Origin: Saccostrea cucullata
Lineage: Eukaryota
Assembly (NCBI RefSeq): GCF_032062105.1
Contig: NW_026931334.1
Location: 310,001-374,000, forward strand
Direction of reading: 5' to 3'
Length of the DNA: 64,000 nt
The notes below the pieces were generated by a model that was not told the DNA's origin, made no database searches, and was given only the letters and a program-made list of their open reading frames with translations. Below are positions 53,096 through 64,000 of this stretch, in pieces. Made by a program: the position numbers and the translations under genes. Each line of letters begins with the position of its first letter. The first letter of the stretch is position 1.

Positions 53096-53354
53096 TTTTG
53101 CCCCTCTCTAAGAGTCCAAGTCCCTTTGGACTCAAAATACAAACAATAGAATTCACATACAACAATTAATTAATGACATATTACTACTTTATACACTCGA
53201 TACACATATACTTAACTTCCATGAACAGTACAGCTAATCAATACACACAAGGGAGACTACTCCAAATAAATGCTGTACTTCACAAAGATTACCTCATAAA
53301 ATGTGTATCAACTTCTCAAAAATTCACATCTCTAGTAATGAAAAAAAATCATAG

Positions 53355-53397
<43 letters not shown>

Positions 53398-54098
53398 ATA
53401 TGGAACTACAATGCCAACCTTCATGCATATCACAAATCAATATGATAGAAACTTTATACATAAACACAAAATGCTAAATCAAAACTTGGAATTCATCATA
53501 ATTTCACGAAGACAGATGAGCAGAGCATAGTATACAGTGTGATAAGGTAAGTAAGTTAAAATGCACATGAATGATAATAATTCAATTAATATTTAATAAC
53601 TGCCATTTAAAGAATGAATTTATCTTTCAAAAACAATGGATACACAAAATATTAGCAGCCTCTCAAATTCATTATAGATACTTGCACATAAAAATACAGT
53701 GTTCTGATAATGCTAATAATTTAGACATAAGTATAACAAGTAATGTATAATCTTTCTTAATTTTCATTCACAGGATCACAGAAAAGAGAAATGGACACTA
53801 AGCTCTTGGTAAGCAAAAATATCAAGTAATATTACAGAAATGAATCTCATTATCGTCAGACTTAATGCTTGAAATATCAATTTTAAAAATATTACACATA
53901 AAGTCCACAAATCATTCAATTCCTAACCCAATTTACAACATACATTAAATGAATATTTTCCTAACTTACATTACTTATACACGTACTTATACTTACTGCT
54001 CAAATATACAATGAAATATCTAATGTCTCTTATTATAATAAGGTCGTCGGGCTCTGAAGTGATCTGGCCGTAAAATATCATCCAATGGAGACTGGTGC

Positions 54099-56726
54099 TC
54101 AGTAGCTCTGCGTGCGGGCTTTGGAAGGATCCTCCTTGGTACCGTCACAACAGACTGCAACTTCTTGGGTTGTTTCTTGGGTGAAATTCTGTGGGGGACA
54201 GGGGTTGTAACACTTACTCTCGCCGGGGCCATCATGAACGAACTTCACATCTGAAACAGGACCAGCTCCGGAATCCAGCCTCTCCTCAAGATTTTCCTGA
54301 GTTTCTATAGTCTCAGTTCTCTTTCTGCATTTAATACAAGGTCCACATTTCAGGCTTTCTAAACTGTCACCTTCTGAGCAGTTACAGTCAGCTGGGTTAG
54401 GACATCTTGATAGACCGTCAGCATTACCATGCTGTGTTCCAGGCCTGTACTCAATTTCAAAATTGTAGGCTGACAATATTTCAATCCAGCGAGCCACTTT
54501 TCCTTTAGGTTCTTTCAGTTTATATAGCCATACTAATGCTTGGTGATCAGTCCTAAGTACAAATCTTTGTCCTAAAAGACATTGTCTGAAGTATTCAACA
54601 AAGTAACGAACAGCTAGGAGCTCTTTATCAGTTACACAATAGTTCCTTTCAGCACGGTTTAGGGTTCGACTCCCATAGGCTAACACTTTTTCACGTCCCT
54701 CCTGTACTTGGCTCAATACAGCACCAATGCCTACATCACAGGTGTCTGTGTCGAGAATAAAATGGCCTTGGTTTGGGTCAGGATATCCCATTATATCTGG
54801 CCCAGTAAGAATCTTCTTTAGTTGCAGAAATGCTTTTTCGCATAAGTCTGTCAAGCGAAAAGAATGGTTCTTTTGTGTAAGTTAGTAAGAGGTTTAGCTA
54901 TCACCGAAAACCCTTTTAAAAATCTCCTGTAGTAAGAGGCAGTTCCAAGGAATTGTCATACTTCAGTAACATTATTTGGTCTGCTCCAGTTCAAAATCTT
55001 CTCTACATTCTGCTTATCTGGTAAGACTCCATCTTTAGTGACTTTATGTCCAAGGAAAATAACTTCATCTTGAAAAAGGCTACATTTCTCAGGTTTCAAT
55101 TTTAAACCTGCATTTGCTATTCTCTGAACCACTTGGCTAAGTCTGGACATGTGTTCATCAAAATTTCTGCTAAATATCACTATATCGTGCAAATAAATAA
55201 GACAAATGTCCCACTGGAGGCCATTTAACGCCATTTCCATAAGTCTCTGGAATGTACCTGGTGCATTGGTCAATCCAAAAGGCATGGTTTTATACTCAAA
55301 ATGACCACATTTTGTTACAAATGCTGTTTTTGGTATGTCTTCAGCCTTAACTCTGACTTGATGATATCCTGCTGTCAAATCCAGAGTGGAAAACATTGAA
55401 GCTCCTGCAACGGAATCTAGACAGTCTTGAATTCGTGGTAGTGGGAATGCATCCTTAATTGTTAAATTATTTACTGCTCGATAATCCACACAGACTTATT
55501 TTTCCATTCTTCTTGCTAGCTAAGACTAGTGGAGAGGACCAAGGTGATGTAGAAGGTTGTATTATGCCCCTCTCTCGAAGGTTCAGAATGGCATCTCTCT
55601 CCTCATTGGCTAGTGCTATTGGAACTCTACGAGGTGGCTGTTTTACAGGTTTACTCTCACCAGTATTAATCTCATGTTCAACTAAATTGGTTTGTCCTAG
55701 GTCCCATTCATCTTTTGAGAATGGATCCTGATGGTCGTGCAAGAATTTTCGAAAAGCTTCTTTTTCTGACATATTTAAGGACTGGGAAGAGCCATCATAA
55801 AGCTCACGTAAATGATCTGGAACCTCACATGCCTCTCCAGGCGAGAGTTCAGTAGATCGACAAAGGCTTCTTAGGTCACTATAAACTGGTTCGATTACAT
55901 CTACTATTCCCCCATATCCTTCAACAGTACCCACTACTGTGTCGGATAAAGCGTTTTTCCTTCATCAAAAGGGTTCATAACTCTCAGGGGTACACTCAGT
56001 TTCCCTCTGATGTTAAGAACTGCTGGGTCTAACAGTAAGGAGGTCTTCTCCATAAGATCTCCACTTGGCACAAACATAAGGTCCTCTTCAACATCAACCT
56101 CACATTCACGCTGAATAAAAGCCGGTATTATTACTTCTGTATTCCCAGGTATATCACATCTCTCCACACAACGGAGGGTAATATCTTTATGCACACCACG
56201 TTGTATGCATGGAATATCATGACCTTTGAGCCTTATCAGTCCTTTACTTAGGAGAATATCTGCTTGACCAATATCACTATTCTGCAGGATGTCCACTCCA
56301 AGTAACACTTCATCTTGGATATCAGCTACCAAAAGATCTTTCTTGAGGGCCAAGGAACCAAGTTGCAATTCGAACACTCCTTTCCCATAAACATGAATGG
56401 TACTTCCGTCAGCTCCTCGTAAATGCGACTTTCCTTGAAGTCTGGGTCTGTTCACCTCTTTCAGTTGTTCATACACTTTGTATGAAAGTATAGTATTGGA
56501 TGCACCAGTATCTGTTGTAATGTGGACATCTAAACCATTTACATTTCCCTCTATGTACACACCATCTGCGTCTGGTATTCGCTTAGAAATAAAACAAAAA
56601 TCTTCTGATTCATCAAAATTATCTGGTTGTCGGTCTGTTGGTGGGTCTAAACTGTTCGTCTGTCTGTCTGTCAGTTTCTTCTGTAGCCGGTCCTTGACCC
56701 ACAGGAACGGCTAATGCCTGTTTAAA
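54099..56726 (-). pseudogene. pol: Gypsy pol (protease, RT, RNase H), disrupted
   Basis: Protease TDTGAS; RT SPWSSP, DYRAVN, DLTAGYHQ, MPFGLTNAP, YLHD (YLDD expected); RNase H DTD...GIGAVLSQ, ELLAV, TDHQAL, NADGLSR. Frameshifts near 55940, 55490 and 54870, and a stop at 54956. Confidence 0.9.
56641..56726 (-). promoter_or_regulatory. -1 programmed ribosomal frameshift signal (U UUA AAC plus H-type pseudoknot) at the gag-pol junction
   Basis: Heptamer at 56726-56720 in the gag frame, 6-nt spacer, stem at 56713-56684, loop GUGGGUC complementary to GACCCAC at 56647-56641. The -1 frame is open into the protease. Confidence 0.8.
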
Positions 56727-58741
56727 GGTGTCTTTGAGACTTGCAGGTCATTAATTCTCTTTGGGCAGTCCCTTATGAAATGACCTTCACCTTTGCAGTA
56801 AAAACAGCTACGTTTCTGTTGTCTGTCCAGAGGAGCCGTTTGACCCGAAGACATGTCTGGTTGAGGTGTACCAATAATTGGCCTACTTGGCTGTGTCCCA
56901 GTGTTACTCTGCTTAGTCAGGTTGCTGAGAACTTTTGCCATCTCATCGATTTGTTTCTGCAAGGTTTCGATAGTGCCACCTGACCCTTGTTTGTTTCCTT
57001 GGCTGTACTTTATATTTCTGACACTTTTCTTTTTCAACGACTTGGCCTTAATGACTGTCTTAGGCGTGGTTTCTGATTCAGAATCACTGTACAGCGACTT
57101 CACCTCTCTGATATGTTTCTTAGTTGAAGGCCGACCTGCTTCTTCATAATTTATAACCTGTCGTACAGCTTCATGTATATCTGAGGGGTCCTTGACGTAT
57201 TCCACATGAAACTGGGCTTCTCTATCAGCCAGACCATCTAAAAATTTCCTGAGCAAGTCTTCCTCTCTAGTCTTTGAGTCTCGCTCCGGGTGGGCTTTGA
57301 CATACAGGCGCTTTAGATCAGCAGCAAAGTCCTCGACTCGCTCACCAGGCTTTTGAACTCTGTTATTAAATTTCGACAGATATGTTCGACTAGTCTCGAT
57401 GGCACGGAAACGATTGGTCAGTTCCTTTGTAAGTCTCTTATAACTGCTTCTCGACTCTTTCGATAATTGGCCATACACAAAGTCAGCTGCATCTTCATGT
57501 AGTCTGGGCAGTAATTGGTCCACTTTGTCATCTGTTGTCCAGTGGTATCTGTCTGCCACTTCCTCAAAACGACAAAACCAGACAGACCAGTCTTCTTTCC
57601 CTGTGTATGGAGGAATCTTTACATTGTGATGCTTGGCCTTTTTCCGGTACACAAAGTCAGACTCTTGCGATGTTTCTCTGTCGCTACTCAAACACTCATG
57701 AGATGCACTACATGTATCTGATTGTCTGTTGTCAGGGTTGGTCCTTTGGTGGTCTTGTTCAGAGAGCTGTTTAATTTTCTCTTGTAAATGCTCTACCATC
57801 TCCGTGAGCTGGATAAGTGCAGTTTGCTCGTTACTCGTACTGGATAAGGCTCTTGCACTTCTCATGGGAGCAGAGAGGGTCCGATTCTGCATCACAGGTA
57901 CAGAACCTGTACACAAACTCACAGGTACAGAACCTGTACTTAGACCAACAGGCACAGAACCTGTACACAAACTTAGAGGTAAATGAGTTCTTGCGCAAAT
58001 GTTGTGAGCTGATGTTGTAATTGTGGGGAATGAGGTAAACATATGGGCACTCTGGTTTTGATGACAATAAACAGGACCTTGAAAACTCACAATACAAGGA
58101 ACTGCATAAGAGTTTACAGGTAAGGTGGTGAGATAATTTGTACCTGTACATGAACTCAAAGAAGTGCTGTGTGTATGAGAGTTCACAGGTAACCCAGATA
58201 CTGGACTTGCTGTCTGTGTAATGGAGGGGCTCATGTGAGTACCTGTACTGGAGACTGCAGGTATATACATACTAGGGACAGCTGTCGGCTCTCTAGGAAA
58301 ACCTGTACATAAATTCTCAGCAAATTTTGAGCAAACAGGTACAAAAGGCATCTGAGTTGTGGGACCACAGGTGTGAAGATGGCTCATTTTAGGCGTAACT
58401 ACACTGTGTGCTGTCTGTGGCTGCTCTGTAGTAGAACTCACAGTTACAGAAACTGTATCTGAGTTTCGAATAAAAGGTGTAGATTCTCCGTCTCTCACAA
58501 CGTCTGCCTGAGAACTCACAAGCATTAAACTTGTATCTGAGTCATGTAAATTTGCTAACTGAGAGGCTTCTTTATTTGAATGAACAAATGGCTTAGTTCT
58601 GTGCATGTCAGCTCCTTCACACGGAAATTCACATTCGCTTTCATTTTCTCTTACAGTATCTACGGAGGAGCCTGAAACTCGTGAGGGAGATCTGGATTCT
58701 TGAAGACCACGACGCCTCCGTCGACTTTTACGACCTGCCAT
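56711..58741 (-). CDS. gag: Gypsy Gag (676 aa, intact ORF, capsid-like region plus CCHC zinc knuckle)
   Basis: KIPPYTGKEDWSVWFCRFEEVA...W, QKPGERVEDFAADLKRL, FLDGL, CFYCKGEGHFIRDC. The long S/T/P-rich N-terminal extension contains 10-aa repeats (LCTGSVPV). Confidence 0.9.
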   Translation of the reverse strand: MAGRKSRRRRRGLQESRSPSRVSGSSVDTVRENESECEFPCEGADMHRTKPFVHSNKEASQLANLHDSDTSLMLVSSQADVVRDGESTPFIRNSDTVSVTVSSTTEQPQTAHSVVTPKMSHLHTCGPTTQMPFVPVCSKFAENLCTGFPREPTAVPSMYIPAVSSTGTHMSPSITQTASPVSGLPVNSHTHSTSLSSCTGTNYLTTLPVNSYAVPCIVSFQGPVYCHQNQSAHMFTSFPTITTSAHNICARTHLPLSLCTGSVPVGLSTGSVPVSLCTGSVPVMQNRTLSAPMRSARALSSTSNEQTALIQLTEMVEHLQEKIKQLSEQDHQRTNPDNRQSDTCSASHECLSSDRETSQESDFVYRKKAKHHNVKIPPYTGKEDWSVWFCRFEEVADRYHWTTDDKVDQLLPRLHEDAADFVYGQLSKESRSSYKRLTKELTNRFRAIETSRTYLSKFNNRVQKPGERVEDFAADLKRLYVKAHPERDSKTREEDLLRKFLDGLADREAQFHVEYVKDPSDIHEAVRQVINYEEAGRPSTKKHIREVKSLYSDSESETTPKTVIKAKSLKKKSVRNIKYSQGNKQGSGGTIETLQKQIDEMAKVLSNLTKQSNTGTQPSRPIIGTPQPDMSSGQTAPLDRQQKRSCFYCKGEGHFIRDCPKRINDLQVSKTPLNRH

Positions 58742-58902
58742 TGTGATTTATTTTTATTTGATGTTTGCTTAATAAAATTTTTTTGTTTCTCAAACACAGA
58801 CAAAGCGTTGTTATGATTCGATCACAGGACCCGTAAACTTAAACGGATCATTCGATCAAAGGACCCGTAAACTTAAACGGATCCCGCCGTGGATGCCAAA
58901 AT

Positions 58903-60150
58903 TGTAACGCTTCGGAACGCCTGCCTTGTGTTGAGAACAAAAACTCCGATGTAAAGTTTTATAATTTTATTCAGTAATACATGAACAGCGAAAATAAATA
59001 ACAGTGTTTGAAAATCACAAGTCTCAACCCTTGGGACAAAAGACAAAATCAGTACAACTACTGATATAACTGGGCAACTGGCACTATTTCCAGTAATTTA
59101 TGATTTAAGTATAAATTCCCCCGACCAAAATAAAACGAAAAGGCTCTCAATAAATGACTTATAATTAATTTACCAATAAATATTCCCGCTACTAGTTCAA
59201 CTACTAGCACGCAGCAGAAATATTTCCTAACTCCTAAACTGGGCTAAAGAAAATAAAATAACTAGTTCACAACTAGTAATTATAAATAAAACTAGTACAA
59301 TTACTAGTAATATGAATTTAGCCTAACCTAACATTACACATTATGTACTTCAGTCACTCAGATACTGAACTAGTACACACCTTAAATTACTCTGGACAAA
59401 ACTGGTGACCTTTCTCCAGGAAAACGAGAGAGCAAACGATATTCAGCATCTGAGTATTTATAGAATTAACAAAACCCGCAATAATTCATAACCAATCATA
59501 ACTAATAATTCCATCCCGTAAATAATAATCAGCGAATCAAATGTAATCATCGTCCCGTAACGAAATCTCACTCTCGTACATCGTATGTGAAATTATTACA
59601 ATACGTAAATAAATTAAATAAATTCATAAAACATAAAGTTACACTTTTAAAAGCTCATTTACTGTTTAATTTAAAAGAATTTACAATCAAATCTTCCGCC
59701 GAAATAACTCCAGTAAAAATAGATCACCGTGAAGCATCACGGGAAATACAGAAGTAAACAAAGTATGGCGGCGGCAGAAGTTTCAGTAAAACATGTGTAC
59801 TCGAAGACCATAAAACATCGATCACACAAGAAATAAGGTAACTTTAAGATAATCCTAAATTATAGCGCAGCTTTATAATTACGTATGTACAATTAAGCCA
59901 ACAAAAAGCGTGTAATTAAATAGCAAGATGATGTCTGACATTCAACAGATCGAAACACAAGAAAAATAACATAGATCTTCACTACACTTAAGCAGTTGTC
60001 AACCAACATTTAAGACATAACTCTCGCTGGACATTTCAACATTCCATACAAGAATTGATGAATGAATTTAAAGTATGCATAAAAGTGCTTTAGAAAAATA
60101 CCAAGATAAAAAAAATGAGATTCAAGAAAAATGGAGGAGGGATCGTTACA
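58903..60150 (-). repeat. 5' LTR (1248 bp)
   Basis: TG...CA termini; direct repeat of 51837-53095. Confidence 0.95.
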
Positions 60151-60669
60151 CACCAATTGTAACTCTACACGATCTGTTGTGGAATCACCAATATTTACAT
60201 TTCTTACAACAATAAATAATGAATTCTCGCTAGAATAAATAGATTTCCAAGAAAATTCGGACTGCCCAGTTTTCACCTGTATTTTAGTACAATTTTTTAA
60301 AATCACCTATGTTATGGATCCCTGTTAAGTTATATGAATTTTGTAAATGTTACCCAGTTGGGGTACAACATAATGGCATGCCTTTCACTCTTTATAATGT
60401 TAAGTAGGCATTTTTTCTCTATGGAACATTTAGATATTATCATGCGTTTTTCAAGATTTTTTCATTTTGCTTAGTATACATGATAGATTAGTGAAATAAT
60501 TTAATTTTCGAGCAAAACAACCTAAAAGTTCTACTTGTAGTGTTTAAAACTAAATGCAAAGCTGTAATCCATTGTCTTCAAGAATGACGTGGTATAAAAC
60601 GAAAGTGAAAGTACGTAAAAATTTCTTTTAAAGACCTTAAGCCTTGGAAGCCGTTGTTATTTCATAAAT

Positions 60670-60965
60670 AATTTGAATAGGTGATATAAGATTTTCAAAT
60701 AAGTGATTATAACCTATTCAAAATGATAAGGTGATTTCACCTGTTCGAATAGGTGATATCACTTATTCAAATAAGTGTTATCACCTTTTCGAATAAGTGA
60801 TATCACCTGGCGTTTCAATCGAATATCACTTATTCGAATGGGTGATATCACTTATTTGAATAAGTGATATCACCTATTCAAATATGTGATATCACCCATT
60901 CAAAATCTGAATAGGTGATATCACTTATTCGAATTGGTGATATCAACTTTTCGAATAGGTGATAT
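60670..60965. repeat. Palindromic ~21-bp minisatellite (aataggtgatatcacttattc), roughly 13-14 copies
   Basis: Tandem near-self-complementary units centred on gtgatatcac; no unique spacers. Confidence 0.8.
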
Positions 60966-61156
60966 TATTTTTTGGCAGTAAATACCAAAATTTCGCCTCA
61001 TAACTTTATATCTCTGGAACTTTTCTTTCGGTCTCTTGAAATTCGAGAGATCGAGTCACATATACTTGCTTTAAAGTATTCACTTTATAAATAATTATTT
61101 TCTGTGGCTTTGTTTATTTTACTGACTTTATTTCAGGCAACAAGTGTAGCGGGATA

Positions 61157-63285
61157 ATGGTTCTTTTTTTGTCTGTGTGTGCATTACTGTTGTGCAAAAC
61201 TTCAGGTTAGAGACTGATTTATGAATTATTTTTTATCCAATCTTTAGGCACTGTTAGGTTAGAGATTTGATCTCTGATCACTGTTTGTAAACATAAGGGA
61301 CCAAGATTTCCTTGAATCATTACGTGTTCATTCTGTCCATTTTTAGTCTGATGCATCAGATGTTTCTTTATTTTGACCTATAATTCTTAAATGAGTGATA
61401 AGAATTTTTAAAATAATTCCAATGTTGACCAAACTTGCATTGTTGACCAAACTTGTGTAGCCATAGGTGTTATATCAGAAGATCCAACTGCCAGCTTTAA
61501 GATGATCATGTGACCTTTGCATCACTAAACAGGTGAAGATCACAAAAGGGTTTTATGCAGCTCTATTTTTGAGTAATTATTCAGGTAAATTATCATTATG
61601 TGAGACTTGTAATTATGATTAAATTTCCTTCTCAAGAACAACAAAGCCAAGATTAGTCATATTTATATGAAAGCATTCTCAGATAATGTAGATTCAAGTT
61701 TGTTCAAATCATCATCCTCGGGTTAATTTTTCCTTTAAAGGCCAGTCATCCTTGGAAATAGTTGGAGCAGTTCAAATAACTGGTGGTAGTGGTTTACAGA
61801 TAAATGCAATAGAAGGAGGAAATTTGACCTTGGCCTGTAAAAGTGACCTTTCAACCTTGACATTGGAATATGCCTCAGTTGTCTACAATAACACAGAAAA
61901 TGACAATGGTACCTATACTGTAACACTGATTAAAAATGCCACCAAGAGCGATGATGACCAAGTACTGAAATGTAGAGCTAGGAATGCAACAGGACAGGAA
62001 CTGGAGAAAATAGCCATTGTCCGTCTGGCATGTAAGATCTTCACTTAAATGTATTTACATTTGCAAATGTTTTCCCTTATATAACACTATTTGAACAAGG
62101 CGTTTTTACATCTCCGTAAAACACGTTCGTCATGTGACCATAAATTGATTGTTTAGTCATAAGCGATCTACGTAATTTGATAGTGACGTCATAAGCGATC
62201 GACGTTATCAACACATTCAATTTATACAGTTGAGTTTTGGAAAAAAAAACTTTATGGGATTCTAAACTTTACTTAAGTACCTTACTATTTGTAATAAATC
62301 AGTCACAAATGTAAATATAAGTAATAAGGTATCATTTTTTGAGTTTTATTGGGATGTAAAACGGGATGGCACATGATCAAATCATCCATAAAGCCGATTT
62401 GATCACGTGACCAACCCGTTTTACATCCCAATAAAACTCAAAAAATGATACCTTATTTCTTAATTTAAAAAAATGGAAAACACCATGATGGTTTAGTATA
62501 TAAATCATGAAATGATTTTGTAGATATTGATGAAAACTTCAAGAAATTTCGTATTGTTTTTACTGAAACAGATGCAAAGAATTTTTTAAAGGATGCATAA
62601 CAGGATGATTTTATACAGAGATAAATAATTTATTAGGTAAGATGTTTGTAAGATATTGCAAATTACAGAACTAATTTGGAATTTTTGCAGTCATATATGT
62701 TTTTTTCAGCTGATGCGACTGATGTTGACGTAACTTTAGATGGAGTAGGGACCGTGGAAGAAAATGATGTTGTCAATGTCTCGTGTACTTTGACACGCAC
62801 GCGTTATCAACCCACAACATTTATAATATTGTCCGTTAACCCTGTTCATCCAGACATCAACAATGTATCCCTGTATACAACGACAACTGTGTACGACAAT
62901 GTGACGGAGACTTATACTTACACTCTGTTAGCCCCGCCCGTCATGGTGGACAGATCAATGAATGGCCAGTCAATAACTTGTTATGTTTTAGTGAATTCTT
63001 CTATGTTTTACCAAGCAAAGAGATTTACTGTCTTCTGTAAGTTTACTACTGCTATTGAGTTAGTTCATACGAAAAAATTATACAGAAAATTACCTGAAAT
63101 TTATTAACTTTGCAGATGGACCGTATGATGATCATGTAACATTTTCTGGCCGAGAAACAGGGGTGGAGGGATATGGGACGGCCTGGGTCTGTTACGGAGG
63201 ATTTACAAACCCAGCAGTGTCCATCACATGGTACAATGGTTCCACAGAGTTCAGCCCTGATACACCACTTATTGTAGATAAATAT
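61157..63285 (+). CDS. Secreted or cell-surface multi-immunoglobulin-domain protein (nephrin/CADM-like C2-set domains), 5' part
   Basis: Exons 61157-61205 (signal peptide MVLFLSVCALLLCKTS), 61741-62031 (EGGNLTLAC...DDQVLKCRARN), 62710-63036 (EENDVVNVSC...MNGQSITCYV) and 63116-63285 (WVCYGGFTNPAVSITWY). Domain exons are phase 1 and N-glycosylation sequons are frequent. Confidence 0.82.
62323..62457. repeat. Long hairpin (about 55-60-bp arms) in an Ig-gene intron, probable non-autonomous element
   Basis: aataaggtatcattttttgagttttattgggatgtaaaacggg ... cccgttttacatcccaataaaactcaaaaaatgataccttatt; an arm-like copy lies at about 62103. Confidence 0.8.
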
Positions 63286-63908
63286 GTAAGACTTGATACA
63301 CCACCTATTGTAGATAAATATGTAAGACTTGATACACCACCTAATGTAGATAAATATTTAAAACTTGATACACCACTTATTGTAGATAAATGATACACCA
63401 CCTACTGTAGATAAATATGTAAGGCTTGATACACCACCTATTGTAGATAAATATGTAAGGGTTTATACACCACTTATTGTAGATAAATATGTACTAAGGG
63501 TTTATACACCACTTGTTGTAGATTAATATGTAAGGCCTAATAAATATGTAAGGTTTGATACACCGCCTATTGTAGATAAGTATGTAAGGGTTTATACACC
63601 AACTATTGTAGATAAATATGTAAGGCCTAATACACCACCTATTGCAGATAAATATGTAAGGCTTGATACACCACCTATTGATGATAAATTCGTAAAAGCC
63701 CCGATACACCACATAGTGAAGTATTGTAGATATTTAAATGAGGTTTGATGCACCACCTCTTGCAGATATCGATGTAAGGCTTAATATACCACCTAATGCA
63801 GATAAATAAGTGAGACTAGATGGTTTTACCCAGCCTTGATACACCATGTATTGTAGATAAATATTTAAGGCTTGATGCACCACCTAATGTAGATAAATAT
63901 ATAAAACC
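63258..63908 (+). repeat. 36-bp minisatellite (about 17 copies) spanning the splice donor of Ig-gene exon 4
   Basis: Unit TGATACACCACCTATTGTAGATAAATAT|gtaaggct. The first copy is the exon end (DTPLIVDKY) plus its donor; later copies are progressively more degenerate. Confidence 0.9.
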
Positions 63909-64000
63909 TATTGGCGTCGGAAGCAAATTGAAAGTGGGGGGGGGGGGGGGGGCAAGTGTAAAAAAAAAAAATTGTACCTTCAAAAAAACCTGACAAGCAA

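Larger units (their letters stand above)
51837..60150 (-). mobile_element. Ty3/Gypsy LTR retrotransposon, 8.3 kb, defective (pol lesions, integrase absent)
   Basis: LTRs TGTAAC...GTTACA at 58903-60150 (5') and 51837-53095 (3'). PBS-like TGGCATCCACGGCGGGAT lies just inside the 5' LTR and PPT AGAGAGGGGCAAAA precedes the 3' LTR. Domain order is gag-PR-RT-RH; the flanks catc/cacc would be a 4-bp TSD with one mismatch. Confidence 0.95.

Noticed and set aside
52954-53142. Small ORFs at 52954-53142 and 60010-60306 with the same C-terminus
   Set aside because: Both are chance frames within the two LTR copies.
60670-60965. CRISPR-like short palindromic repeats
   Set aside because: Units abut with no unique spacers, there are no cas genes, and the context is eukaryotic.

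Overview
AT-rich, intron-containing animal DNA. The repeat families suggest a bivalve mollusc, probably an oyster (inference). Genes, reconstructed by hand from GT-AG junctions with consistent codon phase: (1) the 5' three exons of TMEM145 (-), running off the left edge; (2) an Rh-type ammonium/gas channel (+) with one body (33639-39006) and two phase-compatible first coding exons, at 3976 and 25672; (3) five tandem TMEM79-like MAPEG-fold genes (-) with single-exon CDSs, nested antisense between those two Rh first exons; (4) a complete NAA50 (-); (5) a 306-aa ankyrin-repeat protein (-) with an N-terminal RVxF motif; (6) the 5' part of a signal-peptide, multi-Ig-domain gene (+), running off the right edge. 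Mobile DNA: an 8.3-kb Ty3/Gypsy LTR element with near-identical LTRs, an intact -1 frameshift signal (UUUAAAC plus pseudoknot) and no integrase; a 5'-truncated LINE; Penelope-like 3' fragments; Deu/Nin-type tRNA SINEs; satellite-carrying Pearl/HINE-like elements; MITEs; and long-hairpin elements. Most notable are the Rh gene with two alternative N-termini enclosing the MAPEG cluster, and two minisatellites that each amplify a splice junction in frame (an acceptor in TMEM145, a donor in the Ig gene). No CRISPR, rRNA or genuine tRNA genes were seen.
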